From: Clostridia bacterium
GTDB lineage: Bacteria > Bacillota > DULZ01
Direction of reading: 5' to 3'
NCBI GenBank assembly: GCA_012840125.1
Contig: DULZ01000044.1
Location: 17,975 to 81,974 of the forward strand
DNA: 64,000 nucleotides
Below, piece by piece: positions 8,440 to 16,758 of this stretch. Position numbers and translations under genes: made by a program. Under the pieces are notes generated by a model. The model was given only the letters and a program-made list of their open reading frames with translations. It was not told the DNA's origin and ran no database searches. Within the stretch, counting starts at the first letter, position 1, and every line of letters begins with the position of its first letter.

Positions 8440-11400
8440 CTAAAAAGTCTTGCCCGGCTGCCAGCGGGAGAGCCGCGCGGCAATGATCCCGTGTCCCCGG
8501 TCCTGGACGGTGCCTTCCACCAGGATGAGACCGCTTCTTTGGCCGTAGATCTCCTGCCCGTAGCGCTGGTAAATGTCTTCAAACACCGTCACATCAACCA
8601 GGCCGTATTCATCTTCCACTGAAAAGAAGACCACCGTTTTGCCGCTCCTGGTAGGCGGGCGGTGGGGCCGCACCAGTATGCCGGCGATTTTCACCGCCGC
8701 CCCGGGGGGAAGCTCCCTGACACTGCGGCTGTGCTGGAACCCTTGCTGCTGCAACCACTGCCGGTAGTACGCCAGGGGATGGCAGCGCACATCAATCCCT
8801 AACACCTCTTTTTCCTGCCGGTGTTTTTCCCAGGGGGTGAAATCAGCGGCGATCCGCTCCTCTGCCACCGGCACCAGACCCGTTTCCTCTACTTGCTCCA
8901 AAAGGGGCACCTGCCAGAGGAGCTGCTTCCGGTTGGGATGGAGCCCGTCAAAAGCCCCGCTTAAAATCAGGTTTTCCAGGATGTGCCTGGGGGCCTTGAT
9001 CCTCTTTTGAAAATCAACAATAGAAGTATAAGGTTGGCCTGCTAAAATGGCCTGCAGCACCTCCCGGCTCATGCCCTTAACCTGGGCCAGGGAAATGCGG
9101 ATGGCGCCGTCCTCCACCAGAAAAGCGGCGCCGCTTTTATTGATATCCGGGGGCAAGATGGCAATCCCCCGGCGGCGGGCTTCCACGCATAAGGTATTGG
9201 CATCGTAATAGCCCATGGGCTGGTGGCTTAAGAGGGCGGCGAAATAATAAGCCGGGTAGTGACACGCCAGGTAAGCGGAGCGATAAGAGGTATTGGCGAA
9301 AGCCGCGGCATGGGCTTCACAGAAACCGTAGCTGGCATACCCCAAAATACAGCGAAAAATATCCTCCGCCACTTTTTGGTCCACCCCTTGGGCCTGGGCT
9401 TTGGCCACAAAGAGCTTTCCCAGCTCCTCCATTTCCTTCCGGGACCGGGAATGGCTCATCACCCGCCGCATCCGGTCCGCTTCTCCCCGGGTAAAACCGG
9501 CGACGGCGGTGGCTATTTCGATCACCTGCTCCTGGAAGAGAATAACCCCCCGGGTTTTTTTAAGGATCGGCTCCAGCTTGGGATGAAGGTAGGTGACTTC
9601 CTCCAAACCAAGTTTTCGCCGGATAAAAGGTTCCACCATGTCGCCTTTAATGGGCCCCGGTCTAATCAAGGCCAGGCTGGCCACCAGGTCCTCCTGGGTG
9701 GAAGCATGCAGGCGCTGCTGCAGGGCTCGCTGGGCCGGGCTTTCCAGTTGAAACACCCCGATAGTTTCCCCCCGGTTGATCATTTGGAAGGTGGCTTCGT
9801 CCACCGGCGGTATCCGCTCCTCGCAGAAATCTTCCCGTTCCCCGGTAAGAACCCGGACGGTATCCTCCAGCACCGACAACATCCGCAGGGAAAGGAGGTC
9901 CAGTTTCAGGAGCCCCAGTATTTCCACCCCATCTTTATCAAATTGGGTGACCACCACCCCTTTAGCCGCCCGCTGCAAAGGGGTGATGTTCGTTAAAGGC
10001 TGCCGGCTGATCACCAGTCCTCCCAGGTGGGTCCCCATAAACCGGGGCAGTCCCGCCACCTGCCCGCAGAAATGAAACAGCTGTTGGTACTTTTCCCCTT
10101 TAAGATCGCTTTTCCGGAGCTCCGGCAAGCGCTCCAAGAGGGCGGGAATAGCATCGGCATACGCATGGGGAAACAACTTGGCTATCCGGTCCAATTCTTC
10201 CGGCGCCAATCCCATGGCCCGGCCCAGGTCCCGGATGGCCGAACGGGCTTGAAAAGTATTGTACGTGCCCACGGAGGCCACATGCTCCGCCCCGTACTTC
10301 CGGTAAACGTAATCCGCCACCTGATCCCGGTAGCGGGCGTCAAAATCAATGTCAATATCCGGCTGCTCCCCTCTTTCCCGGCTCATGAAACGCTCAAACA
10401 AAAGCCCTCTCTCCAGCGCATCCACTTCCGTAATATACAAGCAGTAGCTGACCAGGGAATCCGCCGCCGAACCCCGGCCGGCATAGCGGATACCCTGCCG
10501 GCGAGCGAACATGGCCACATCCCATACCAGCAGGAAGTAGTCCGCATAACCCAGCTCATTGATCACCACTAATTCATAGTCCAACCGCTCCCGCACCCGG
10601 CGGCTGAGTTTCCCGTAGCGCCGGCGGGCACCCTCATACACCAGGCGCCGCAAGAAGCTCTCCGCCGTCTCCCCCGCCGGCAAAGAAAACTCGGGATAAT
10701 GCTTGGCGGACAGATCCAGGGGCGCCTCGCATTTCTCCGCTATCAAAAGGGTGTTTTGCACCGCTTCAGGATAATCCCGGAAAAGCGCCTCCATTTCCGC
10801 CGGTGTCTTAAGGTAATTCTCCTGGTTTAACGGGCGGTCCGGATGGATATCCGCCAGCCGGGTCAGGGTGCGCACGCAAGTTAAAAGATCATGCACCGGG
10901 AATTGCTCCGGCTCGGCGTAGTGGACGTTATTAGCGGCTACCAGGGGCGCGCCCGTCACCTGGGATAGCTGGGCCAGGCAGCGGTTTAAAGACCGGTCCC
11001 CGGGCAGCATGGTTTGTTCCAGTTCCAGGTAAAAATTTTCCCGGCCGAAAATGTCCTGGTACCGCCGCACCCGCTCCAGGGCTTCCCGGTACCTTTTTCT
11101 TAAGAGTAAAAAAGGAATCTCTCCCTTCCGGCAGCCGGACAAAGCGATTAAATCGCTATGGTATTCTTTCAGAGCAGCCAGGGTGACCCTGGGCTGTCCC
11201 CGGGGGTGATCCAGGTGGGCCCTGGTGAGAAGCCGGCAGAGGTTGGCATAGCCGCCGGCATTTTGGGCCAGCAGCACCAGGTGAAAGCCCTGCTCCAAAG
11301 TAACCTCGGCCCCGATGATGGGCCGGATCCCTACCTTTTGGCAGCGTTCCTGGAAAAAAGGCGCCCCCGCCACGTTGTCGTGATCCGTCAAGGCCAGGGC

Positions 11401-11508
11401 CGGCATCCCTAAGGCCGCCGCCTTGTCCACCAGTTCCTCCAGGCGGCTCGCCCCGTCTAAAAAAGAAAAAGGGGAATGAACATGTAGATGAACGAAATCC
11501 ACGTGCAT
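8440..11508 (-). CDS. dnaE2: Error-prone DNA polymerase III alpha subunit (DnaE2 type)
   Basis: PHP domain (HLHVHS, TDHD), RGSAADS, PDIDIDF, HLGG, FQLES, GFCEAHA, C-terminal OB fold; in a LexA-boxed cassette. Confidence 0.92.
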   Translation of the reverse strand: MHVDFVHLHVHSPFSFLDGASRLEELVDKAAALGMPALALTDHDNVAGAPFFQERCQKVGIRPIIGAEVTLEQGFHLVLLAQNAGGYANLCRLLTRAHLDHPRGQPRVTLAALKEYHSDLIALSGCRKGEIPFLLLRKRYREALERVRRYQDIFGRENFYLELEQTMLPGDRSLNRCLAQLSQVTGAPLVAANNVHYAEPEQFPVHDLLTCVRTLTRLADIHPDRPLNQENYLKTPAEMEALFRDYPEAVQNTLLIAEKCEAPLDLSAKHYPEFSLPAGETAESFLRRLVYEGARRRYGKLSRRVRERLDYELVVINELGYADYFLLVWDVAMFARRQGIRYAGRGSAADSLVSYCLYITEVDALERGLLFERFMSRERGEQPDIDIDFDARYRDQVADYVYRKYGAEHVASVGTYNTFQARSAIRDLGRAMGLAPEELDRIAKLFPHAYADAIPALLERLPELRKSDLKGEKYQQLFHFCGQVAGLPRFMGTHLGGLVISRQPLTNITPLQRAAKGVVVTQFDKDGVEILGLLKLDLLSLRMLSVLEDTVRVLTGEREDFCEERIPPVDEATFQMINRGETIGVFQLESPAQRALQQRLHASTQEDLVASLALIRPGPIKGDMVEPFIRRKLGLEEVTYLHPKLEPILKKTRGVILFQEQVIEIATAVAGFTRGEADRMRRVMSHSRSRKEMEELGKLFVAKAQAQGVDQKVAEDIFRCILGYASYGFCEAHAAAFANTSYRSAYLACHYPAYYFAALLSHQPMGYYDANTLCVEARRRGIAILPPDINKSGAAFLVEDGAIRISLAQVKGMSREVLQAILAGQPYTSIVDFQKRIKAPRHILENLILSGAFDGLHPNRKQLLWQVPLLEQVEETGLVPVAEERIAADFTPWEKHRQEKEVLGIDVRCHPLAYYRQWLQQQGFQHSRSVRELPPGAAVKIAGILVRPHRPPTRSGKTVVFFSVEDEYGLVDVTVFEDIYQRYGQEIYGQRSGLILVEGTVQDRGHGIIAARLSRWQPGKTF

Positions 11509-11512
11509 TCAC

Positions 11513-11758
11513 CTAGTCGTAGATTTTGTAAATAAACCAGGCATCCTGCCGGGTATCCAGGTAAATCTCAAAAATACTGCCCTGTACCGCGATCACGCGG
11601 TAAAAGATTTTCGTGTTTTCCCCCTCCCACCAGCAGCCCGCATCCTTCCAGCAGTCCAGAATCCGCTGGATGGGGTAGTAAGTTCCACGCCAACCAAAGC
11701 CCGCCGGCTTTCCCTCTTTTAACCGGACTTTAACGGGACATTCCAACACCCTACTCAT
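11513..11758 (-). CDS. DUF6504-like small protein
   Basis: FGWRG..YPIQRILDCW...GCWW, W-rich C-terminus; between imuB-like gene and dnaE2. Confidence 0.7.
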   Translation of the reverse strand: MSRVLECPVKVRLKEGKPAGFGWRGTYYPIQRILDCWKDAGCWWEGENTKIFYRVIAVQGSIFEIYLDTRQDAWFIYKIYD

Positions 11759-12806
11759 ATGCCTCTCTCCTAAACCGCCAGGGATCATAAAAAGCCAGCA
11801 TCTGCTCCCGCCGGCTCTTACCCCGGTTACCGGCCCGGTCCAAAAAACCTGCCGGGTAATCCTTGCGCAGCCTGGCCAGAAGCCTATTCAACTGCTCCTC
11901 TTTGGCCCGCGCCGCCTGGTTGCCGAACAGGTTCAATTGCTTGGCCGCCATGGGCTCCAAACCGCCGGCTTCCAGGTACATTTCCTTAGGCGGAGCTGTT
12001 AAACCAAGTTTTTGCCAGAGGCGAAAGGTTTCGTCCGCTAAACAAGCCCCGGAACTGCAAGGTTCGGTGAACAGCCGTTTTTGCATAAAAAGCGTTCCTT
12101 CCCGGCTCACTCCCGCCAGGATTAATTCCCGGCAGCCAAGCCATCTCGCCGCCAGGACTTGCGCCAGCTTTCCCGCTGCTGTTTCCAAAGCCGCCGTTAA
12201 ATCGGCGTCTTCGTCTTCCCGGTAAACGGGAATCCGGATGCTCTCTTGCGGCAAGTTCAAGCTGTTAACCCACTTCCCGTGGGACAAATCCCAGGCAAAA
12301 TAAGCGTCCTGGCCGAGATGGGTTTTTAATTTGGCCGGGGATAGAGCGGCGATCTCGCCCCAGGTTTGAAACCCCAGTTTTAATAAATGCTCTCTCAGCT
12401 TTAATTCCAGCGGCCAGAGCACTTCTAAAGGGAGCCTGCGCTGCACCGCCCCTGCCCGGTCCGAAGATAAGAAAAGCAAAGTCCCTTGCGGCTTTTCCTC
12501 CAGGACCAGTTCGGGAAACAGGGCTGCTCTTGTTCCCAAAAGGCTAAGCGCCCTGGCTAATAACTTGGAGGGAGCCAAGGCCAGAGTCGCTTTTTGCCCG
12601 TAGGCAGGGATCAAGGCTTCCCATATTCTATGGGCTAAGGGCCACGCCGCCTCTTCCTTGCCCAGGTCCAAGAAGAACTCCCGGGGACTGTAGGCTTCCA
12701 AATAGGGAGTGAATTGTTGATAAAAAGAGATGAGAGACTTTCTTAAGGCATAGGCATGATGCTGTTCTACAATTTCCTCGTTATCGACGGTAATAAAAGC
12801 GATCAT
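11751..12806 (-). CDS. ImuB-like inactive Y-family polymerase accessory protein
   Basis: FTPYLEAYSPREFFLD, LAPSKLLAR, LPLEVLWPL, LGFQTWGEIA, C-terminal QLNLF clamp motif; no catalytic N-terminal Asp motifs. Confidence 0.75.
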   Translation of the reverse strand: MIAFITVDNEEIVEQHHAYALRKSLISFYQQFTPYLEAYSPREFFLDLGKEEAAWPLAHRIWEALIPAYGQKATLALAPSKLLARALSLLGTRAALFPELVLEEKPQGTLLFLSSDRAGAVQRRLPLEVLWPLELKLREHLLKLGFQTWGEIAALSPAKLKTHLGQDAYFAWDLSHGKWVNSLNLPQESIRIPVYREDEDADLTAALETAAGKLAQVLAARWLGCRELILAGVSREGTLFMQKRLFTEPCSSGACLADETFRLWQKLGLTAPPKEMYLEAGGLEPMAAKQLNLFGNQAARAKEEQLNRLLARLRKDYPAGFLDRAGNRGKSRREQMLAFYDPWRFRREAYE

Positions 12807-12817
12807 GGCAACTCCCC

Positions 12818-12831
12818 CGAACATTTGTTCG
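12818..12831. promoter_or_regulatory. LexA/DinR SOS box
   Basis: CGAACATTTGTTCG, matching Firmicute CGAAC-N4-GTTCG, directly upstream of the imuB-like RBS. Confidence 0.9.
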
Positions 12832-12990
12832 TTACTTTATTATATCCGGCACCGGTTTCCTTGTCAAAGGGGAAAAAAGGGAAATACTGCAATGTTTTGG
12901 TTAAATTATCGTTGTTAATTCATAACCTGATTGTAATAATTTTGCAAGTAAATTGAATCCTGCTTGTTATTTTTCGCACTATTCATAAAT

Positions 12991-13035
12991 TAGGACATTT
13001 GTCATGTTTTCTTCCGGCAGTAAAGCTGTTAAACT
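12991..13035 (+). promoter_or_regulatory. Putative activator-dependent promoter of small ORF 13171
   Basis: Inverted repeat GACA-TT-TGTC (12994-13003) upstream of extended -10 TG-t-TAAACT (13027-13035). Confidence 0.4.
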
Positions 13036-13170
13036 GTAATCAAAAAAAGGAACTAAGGAAGAGCCCATAGTCCTATTCTGGAGGCTGAGCTTCTCGCCAA
13101 GCCCCAAGAAGGAGTCAGAGGCCGTCATCCTAAAGCTGGAGTCCTAAGAGACCGAAGGAGGTGTTGAGCA

Positions 13171-13320
13171 GTGGATGTTATGCTGCTCATGCTGGGTTCC
13201 GCAGTTTCGGCAGAAACTTTAGGGGTGAGGTTTTCTGGCTATCTAGGAGTAGGACTATTATTTATTCTCTGTTTGACTATGATTTACGGCTTGACATGCG
13301 GCCTGTTATTCTATAGCTAG
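13171..13320 (+). CDS. Small hydrophobic protein A, 49 aa (not in ORF track)
   Basis: AGGAGGTG RBS 7 nt before GTG; MDVMLLMLGSAVSAETLGVRFSGYLGVGLLFILCLTMIYGLTCGLLFYS; strong terminator directly after the stop. Confidence 0.7.
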   Translation: MDVMLLMLGSAVSAETLGVRFSGYLGVGLLFILCLTMIYGLTCGLLFYS

Positions 13321-13365
13321 AAAAGCAAAATCCATTCTGCCTAAGCGGAATGGATTTTGTTTTTC
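13321..13365 (+). terminator. Intrinsic terminator
   Basis: 15-bp stem CAAAATCCATTCTGC/GCGGAATGGATTTTG followed by a T-run. Confidence 0.85.
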
Positions 13366-13398
13366 TCCCTCGCACACCAACTCTAAGGAGGGATCGGC

Positions 13399-13566
13399 AT
13401 GTTCTTGATAATTTCGGCTTTGGCGATGCTGGTTACGGCTTTATTATCCCATCGTTTCGGCGCCAGATTCCTGTCTTACACGGCCCTATGCCTGGGCACC
13501 GTCACATCCTTTTCCCTTTGCGTCTTAACCGCCCTCGGGATCGGGCAAGCATTTACTCCCTTTTAA
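13399..13566 (+). CDS. Small hydrophobic protein B, 55 aa (not in ORF track)
   Basis: TAAGGAGG RBS before ATG; MFLIISALAMLVTALLSHRFGARFLSYTALCLGTVTSFSLCVLTALGIGQAFTPF; overlaps the response regulator 3' end by 14 nt. Confidence 0.6.
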   Translation: MFLIISALAMLVTALLSHRFGARFLSYTALCLGTVTSFSLCVLTALGIGQAFTPF

Positions 13567-14194
13567 AATTCAGCCGTTGCGCCAACACGGCGGCTTGGGA
13601 ACGATTAGTCAGGTTGAGCTTGCGGAAGATATTGCTCACGTAATTACGCACGGTTTTTTCACTCAAAAACAAGCACTGGGCAATTTCCTTATTGGTTTTA
13701 GCCTCCGCAATCAGGGCTAAAACCTTTTTTTCTTGTTCCGTCAACCCGGCCAGCTCCGGGGGATCCTGCCGGCGGATTTGCTCCCGCATCGCCGCCACTT
13801 GCTCCTTGTCCAGCAAGCTCTCGCCCTGGTACACCTTTTCAATGGATTTAATTAAATCCCCGCTCCAAACCTTTTTCAGCACATACCCTTCCGCCCCCGC
13901 CAGGACGGAGGCCATCACCGCTTCTTCATCCGCATAGGAAGTGAGCATAATGACCTTGATGGACGGATCCTGGCTGCGAATCTCCCGGCAAGCCTCAATC
14001 CCGGACATCTCCGGCATCCGCACGTCCATAATCACGATATCCGGTTTGAGTTTTAATGCCTTGTCCACCGCCTCCCTGGCACCGGCGGCTTCCCCTACCA
14101 CCTGCAGGTGCTCCTGGCTGTCAAACAAAGCCCTCAACCCCAAACGCACCACTTCATGATCATCCACGATCAAGAGAGATATTTTCCGGGACAA
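13553..14194 (-). CDS. NarL/LuxR-family response regulator
   Basis: IVDDHEVVR, MDVRMP, LTEQEKKVL...LFLSEKTVRNYVSNIFRKL HTH; likely TTG start at 14194. Confidence 0.93.
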   Translation of the reverse strand: MSRKISLLIVDDHEVVRLGLRALFDSQEHLQVVGEAAGAREAVDKALKLKPDIVIMDVRMPEMSGIEACREIRSQDPSIKVIMLTSYADEEAVMASVLAGAEGYVLKKVWSGDLIKSIEKVYQGESLLDKEQVAAMREQIRRQDPPELAGLTEQEKKVLALIAEAKTNKEIAQCLFLSEKTVRNYVSNIFRKLNLTNRSQAAVLAQRLNFKRE

Positions 14195-14236
14195 AAAAAC
14201 ACCCCCACCGAGCAATTAATCCCACATATTTACCGG

Positions 14237-15655
14237 CTAAGAACCCTGTTTCAACATGACCAAAGGAATCCTCATCTGGATCTTCGTTCCCTGGGACGGC
14301 CGGCTGGTAATGCTGAATTCCCCGCCCAGGTTTTTCACCCTTTCCGCCATATTATTCAGTCCCCGGCCGGACAAGGCGTCGCTGTCCATGATTTCATCCA
14401 TTTGGAACCCGCGGCCGTCATCGGCAATGGCGATATACAACTGTTCACCTTCCTGGCATATATTAATCGAAGCTTGCCTGGCCTGGGCATGACGGGCAAT
14501 GTTGGACAGGGCTTCGCGGAAAATATGAATCAGCTCCTGAGCCTTACGGGGATCGAAACTAATGGTATCCTCGGCCACCTGGTAAGAAAGCTGGACCTGG
14601 ATACCGCTGGCGGAAAAGCTTTCGATTAAATTCATCAGTTGATCAGGCCACTTAAGACTCCCTTCTTCCGGCTGGGTTAAATCGAGAATGAAATACCTGA
14701 TATCCCTAATAGTCCGGTCCAAATTATCCATGACGTTGGCAATGATTTCTTTCCCTTTGGCGGGAGACACATCGATAGTGGTATTGGCCACTTCCAGGCT
14801 GAGCCCGATGGCATATAAAGATTGGATGACCCCGTCGTGGAGATCCCGGCCGATGCGCAGGCGCTCTTGTAAAATCGCCTCCCGCTGCTCCGCCTCGGCC
14901 AGCTTTTTCCGGTTCTCCACATTAAAAATTTCCATAACCCTGATGATGAATCCTGCCATCCCCAACCCGGCAATGGTCCGCAGGATACCTGCCAGGGAAC
15001 TGTACCAGGCACCGGAGAAAAAGGTTAGCAAAGGAGCGTTGGGCACCTGGAGACCGCAAGCCAGGGCATACAGGCAAAAACTGGTAATAACTCCATAGAG
15101 GTTTGGTACGAGATTAGGCAAACCTACACTGCTGAATTCTTTCGCTTGCACGGTTAGAGCCAGCGCCGCTAAAATGGAACCGGGCAGCGCCAGCAAGAAT
15201 CTCGACCAGGTCAGGGCGACATGCAGCCACTGAATCCTGCCGGGTGAATAACTGAACATAAAGATCCCCAGCCACAACAACGATAGAAAGACTACCGTCA
15301 CCCGCAGGTAATAATCCTTTCCCAAAACCAGGGTGAGCACCTCTACGGCAAACCAGTAGAGCATACAGTAGGAGACGGTATTGAGGAGCACTTCCCCCAG
15401 GGTAAACCAAAAAGTTAAGTAACCCGGCACATGAGGGGCCATGCTCAGGGGAATAAAAGCACCGGCCCACTGAGCCAGCCCTTGGCACAAGCCGAATAAT
15501 CCCAACAGCCAAATTTTTTTTACTATTTTTAAATCGCTGAGGTGCTTGTACTGCTGGAACTGCAGCAGGATAATAAACCCCATCATGAAAAAAAGGAGCC
15601 CAGTGATAAAACCGGTAATATTAAATAAACGCTGGAAGGTCAGGAACAGCTCCAT
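14237..15655 (-). CDS. Membrane sensor histidine kinase (HisKA_3 type)
   Basis: Multiple N-terminal TM helices; ERLRIGRDLHDGVIQSL H-box; EALSNIARHA, DDGRGF, GRGLNNM. Confidence 0.92.
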   Translation of the reverse strand: MELFLTFQRLFNITGFITGLLFFMMGFIILLQFQQYKHLSDLKIVKKIWLLGLFGLCQGLAQWAGAFIPLSMAPHVPGYLTFWFTLGEVLLNTVSYCMLYWFAVEVLTLVLGKDYYLRVTVVFLSLLWLGIFMFSYSPGRIQWLHVALTWSRFLLALPGSILAALALTVQAKEFSSVGLPNLVPNLYGVITSFCLYALACGLQVPNAPLLTFFSGAWYSSLAGILRTIAGLGMAGFIIRVMEIFNVENRKKLAEAEQREAILQERLRIGRDLHDGVIQSLYAIGLSLEVANTTIDVSPAKGKEIIANVMDNLDRTIRDIRYFILDLTQPEEGSLKWPDQLMNLIESFSASGIQVQLSYQVAEDTISFDPRKAQELIHIFREALSNIARHAQARQASINICQEGEQLYIAIADDGRGFQMDEIMDSDALSGRGLNNMAERVKNLGGEFSITSRPSQGTKIQMRIPLVMLKQGS

Positions 15656-15762
15656 CCCGGTATCTCCTGTTGCGGAAATATAACACAGTATTGCAACTTT
15701 ATTATACGCCACGGCTATATTGATTGACAAGGGCGGCCAAGCCGGAGTTCAAGGGCTTGCGG

Positions 15763-15805
15763 TGCGAAATGGATCACATCTTTTTGCTGCCTGAACTGTT
15801 ATAAT
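15763..15805 (+). promoter_or_regulatory. Class II Crp/Fnr-type promoter
   Basis: TGCGA-N6-TCACA (15763-15778) centred at -41.5 relative to extended -10 TG-t-TATAAT (15797-15805). Confidence 0.6.
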
Positions 15806-15836
15806 TGAAGGGAGTATGCGAAGGAGGGGATGCAGC

Positions 15837-16721
15837 ATGAAATGGGATCCGGAAGCGGCACAGCGATTAGAGAGGGTTCCCTTTTTTATCAGGAAAAAAG
15901 TGAAAAGGCAGATTGAAGAATATGTAGCGGCTCAGGGAAAGGACATTGTCACCAGCGCCGATGTCACCGCCGCCAGGCAGCATTTCACCGGGGGCAGTAC
16001 TTTAACCACGGGCCAGGAAGAATTGTCCCAGCTGGATTTAGACAGGATCAGGGAGCTGGTGGAAAAAGGAGTTCCCACGGAAGCACTGGATACCAAATAC
16101 ATCAAATTCCGCCTCTGCGGCGGAGCCGCCGGGTGCCCCTTAAATCTCATGGACCAGATGAAACCCTATGCTGCGAGGCTGGCGGAAATTGCCCGGGAAC
16201 AGGGCTTGGAGACCTTTTTGGCCGGCAGCCACGACGGGCCGGTGCTCTTCCATCACCAGTTCAAGATCACTTTGTCCGGCTGTCCCAACAACTGTTCCCA
16301 ACCCCAAATTGCCGATTTTGCCGTCATCGGACAAGCCAGGCCTTCAGTCACCGGTGCCAAGTGCAACGGCTGTGAGCTTTGCGTCAAGGCCTGCAAGGAG
16401 AACGCCCTTACCGTGGACGATAACGGCCCCCACTTTGACGACGCACTATGCCTTCTATGCGGTGACTGCACCAGGTACTGCCGGAAAGAAGTCATCGTCA
16501 ACGGGCCGGAAAGATACCGGGTGTTAATCGGAGGGAAACTGGGCCGCCACCCGCACTTGGCTATCCCCTTGGCACTGGAAGCTGCCTGGGAGGAAGTAGA
16601 AGACCTGCTCCGCAAAACCATCGTCCTCTATCAAACCCAAGCCCTGGACGGGGAGCGCTTTGGGGACCTGGTCCAGCGTCTGGGAGATGACCGGGTCATT
16701 AAATTGATACGGGAACAGTAA
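15837..16721 (+). CDS. Siroheme/[4Fe-4S] sulfite-reductase-like (AsrC/Dsr-like) protein with N-terminal PCP_red-like domain
   Basis: CGGAAGC and GCPNNC siroheme-cluster motifs; ferredoxin motifs CNGCELCVKAC, CLLCGDCTRYC; GGKLG; N-terminal WDPEA...VPFFIRKKVK. Confidence 0.78.
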   Translation: MKWDPEAAQRLERVPFFIRKKVKRQIEEYVAAQGKDIVTSADVTAARQHFTGGSTLTTGQEELSQLDLDRIRELVEKGVPTEALDTKYIKFRLCGGAAGCPLNLMDQMKPYAARLAEIAREQGLETFLAGSHDGPVLFHHQFKITLSGCPNNCSQPQIADFAVIGQARPSVTGAKCNGCELCVKACKENALTVDDNGPHFDDALCLLCGDCTRYCRKEVIVNGPERYRVLIGGKLGRHPHLAIPLALEAAWEEVEDLLRKTIVLYQTQALDGERFGDLVQRLGDDRVIKLIREQ

Positions 16722-16723
16722 GA

Positions 16724-16747
16724 AAAGGGACTCTTCCGAGTCCCTTT
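16724..16747. terminator. Bidirectional terminator
   Basis: AAAGGGACTC-TTCC-GAGTCCCTTT between convergent genes. Confidence 0.8.
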
Positions 16748-16758
16748 CGCGCTAAGTA

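Noticed and set aside
13042-13170. Known riboswitch in the long leader of small ORF A
   Set aside because: No conserved core of TPP, FMN, SAM, cobalamin, c-di-GMP, c-di-AMP or T-box recognised
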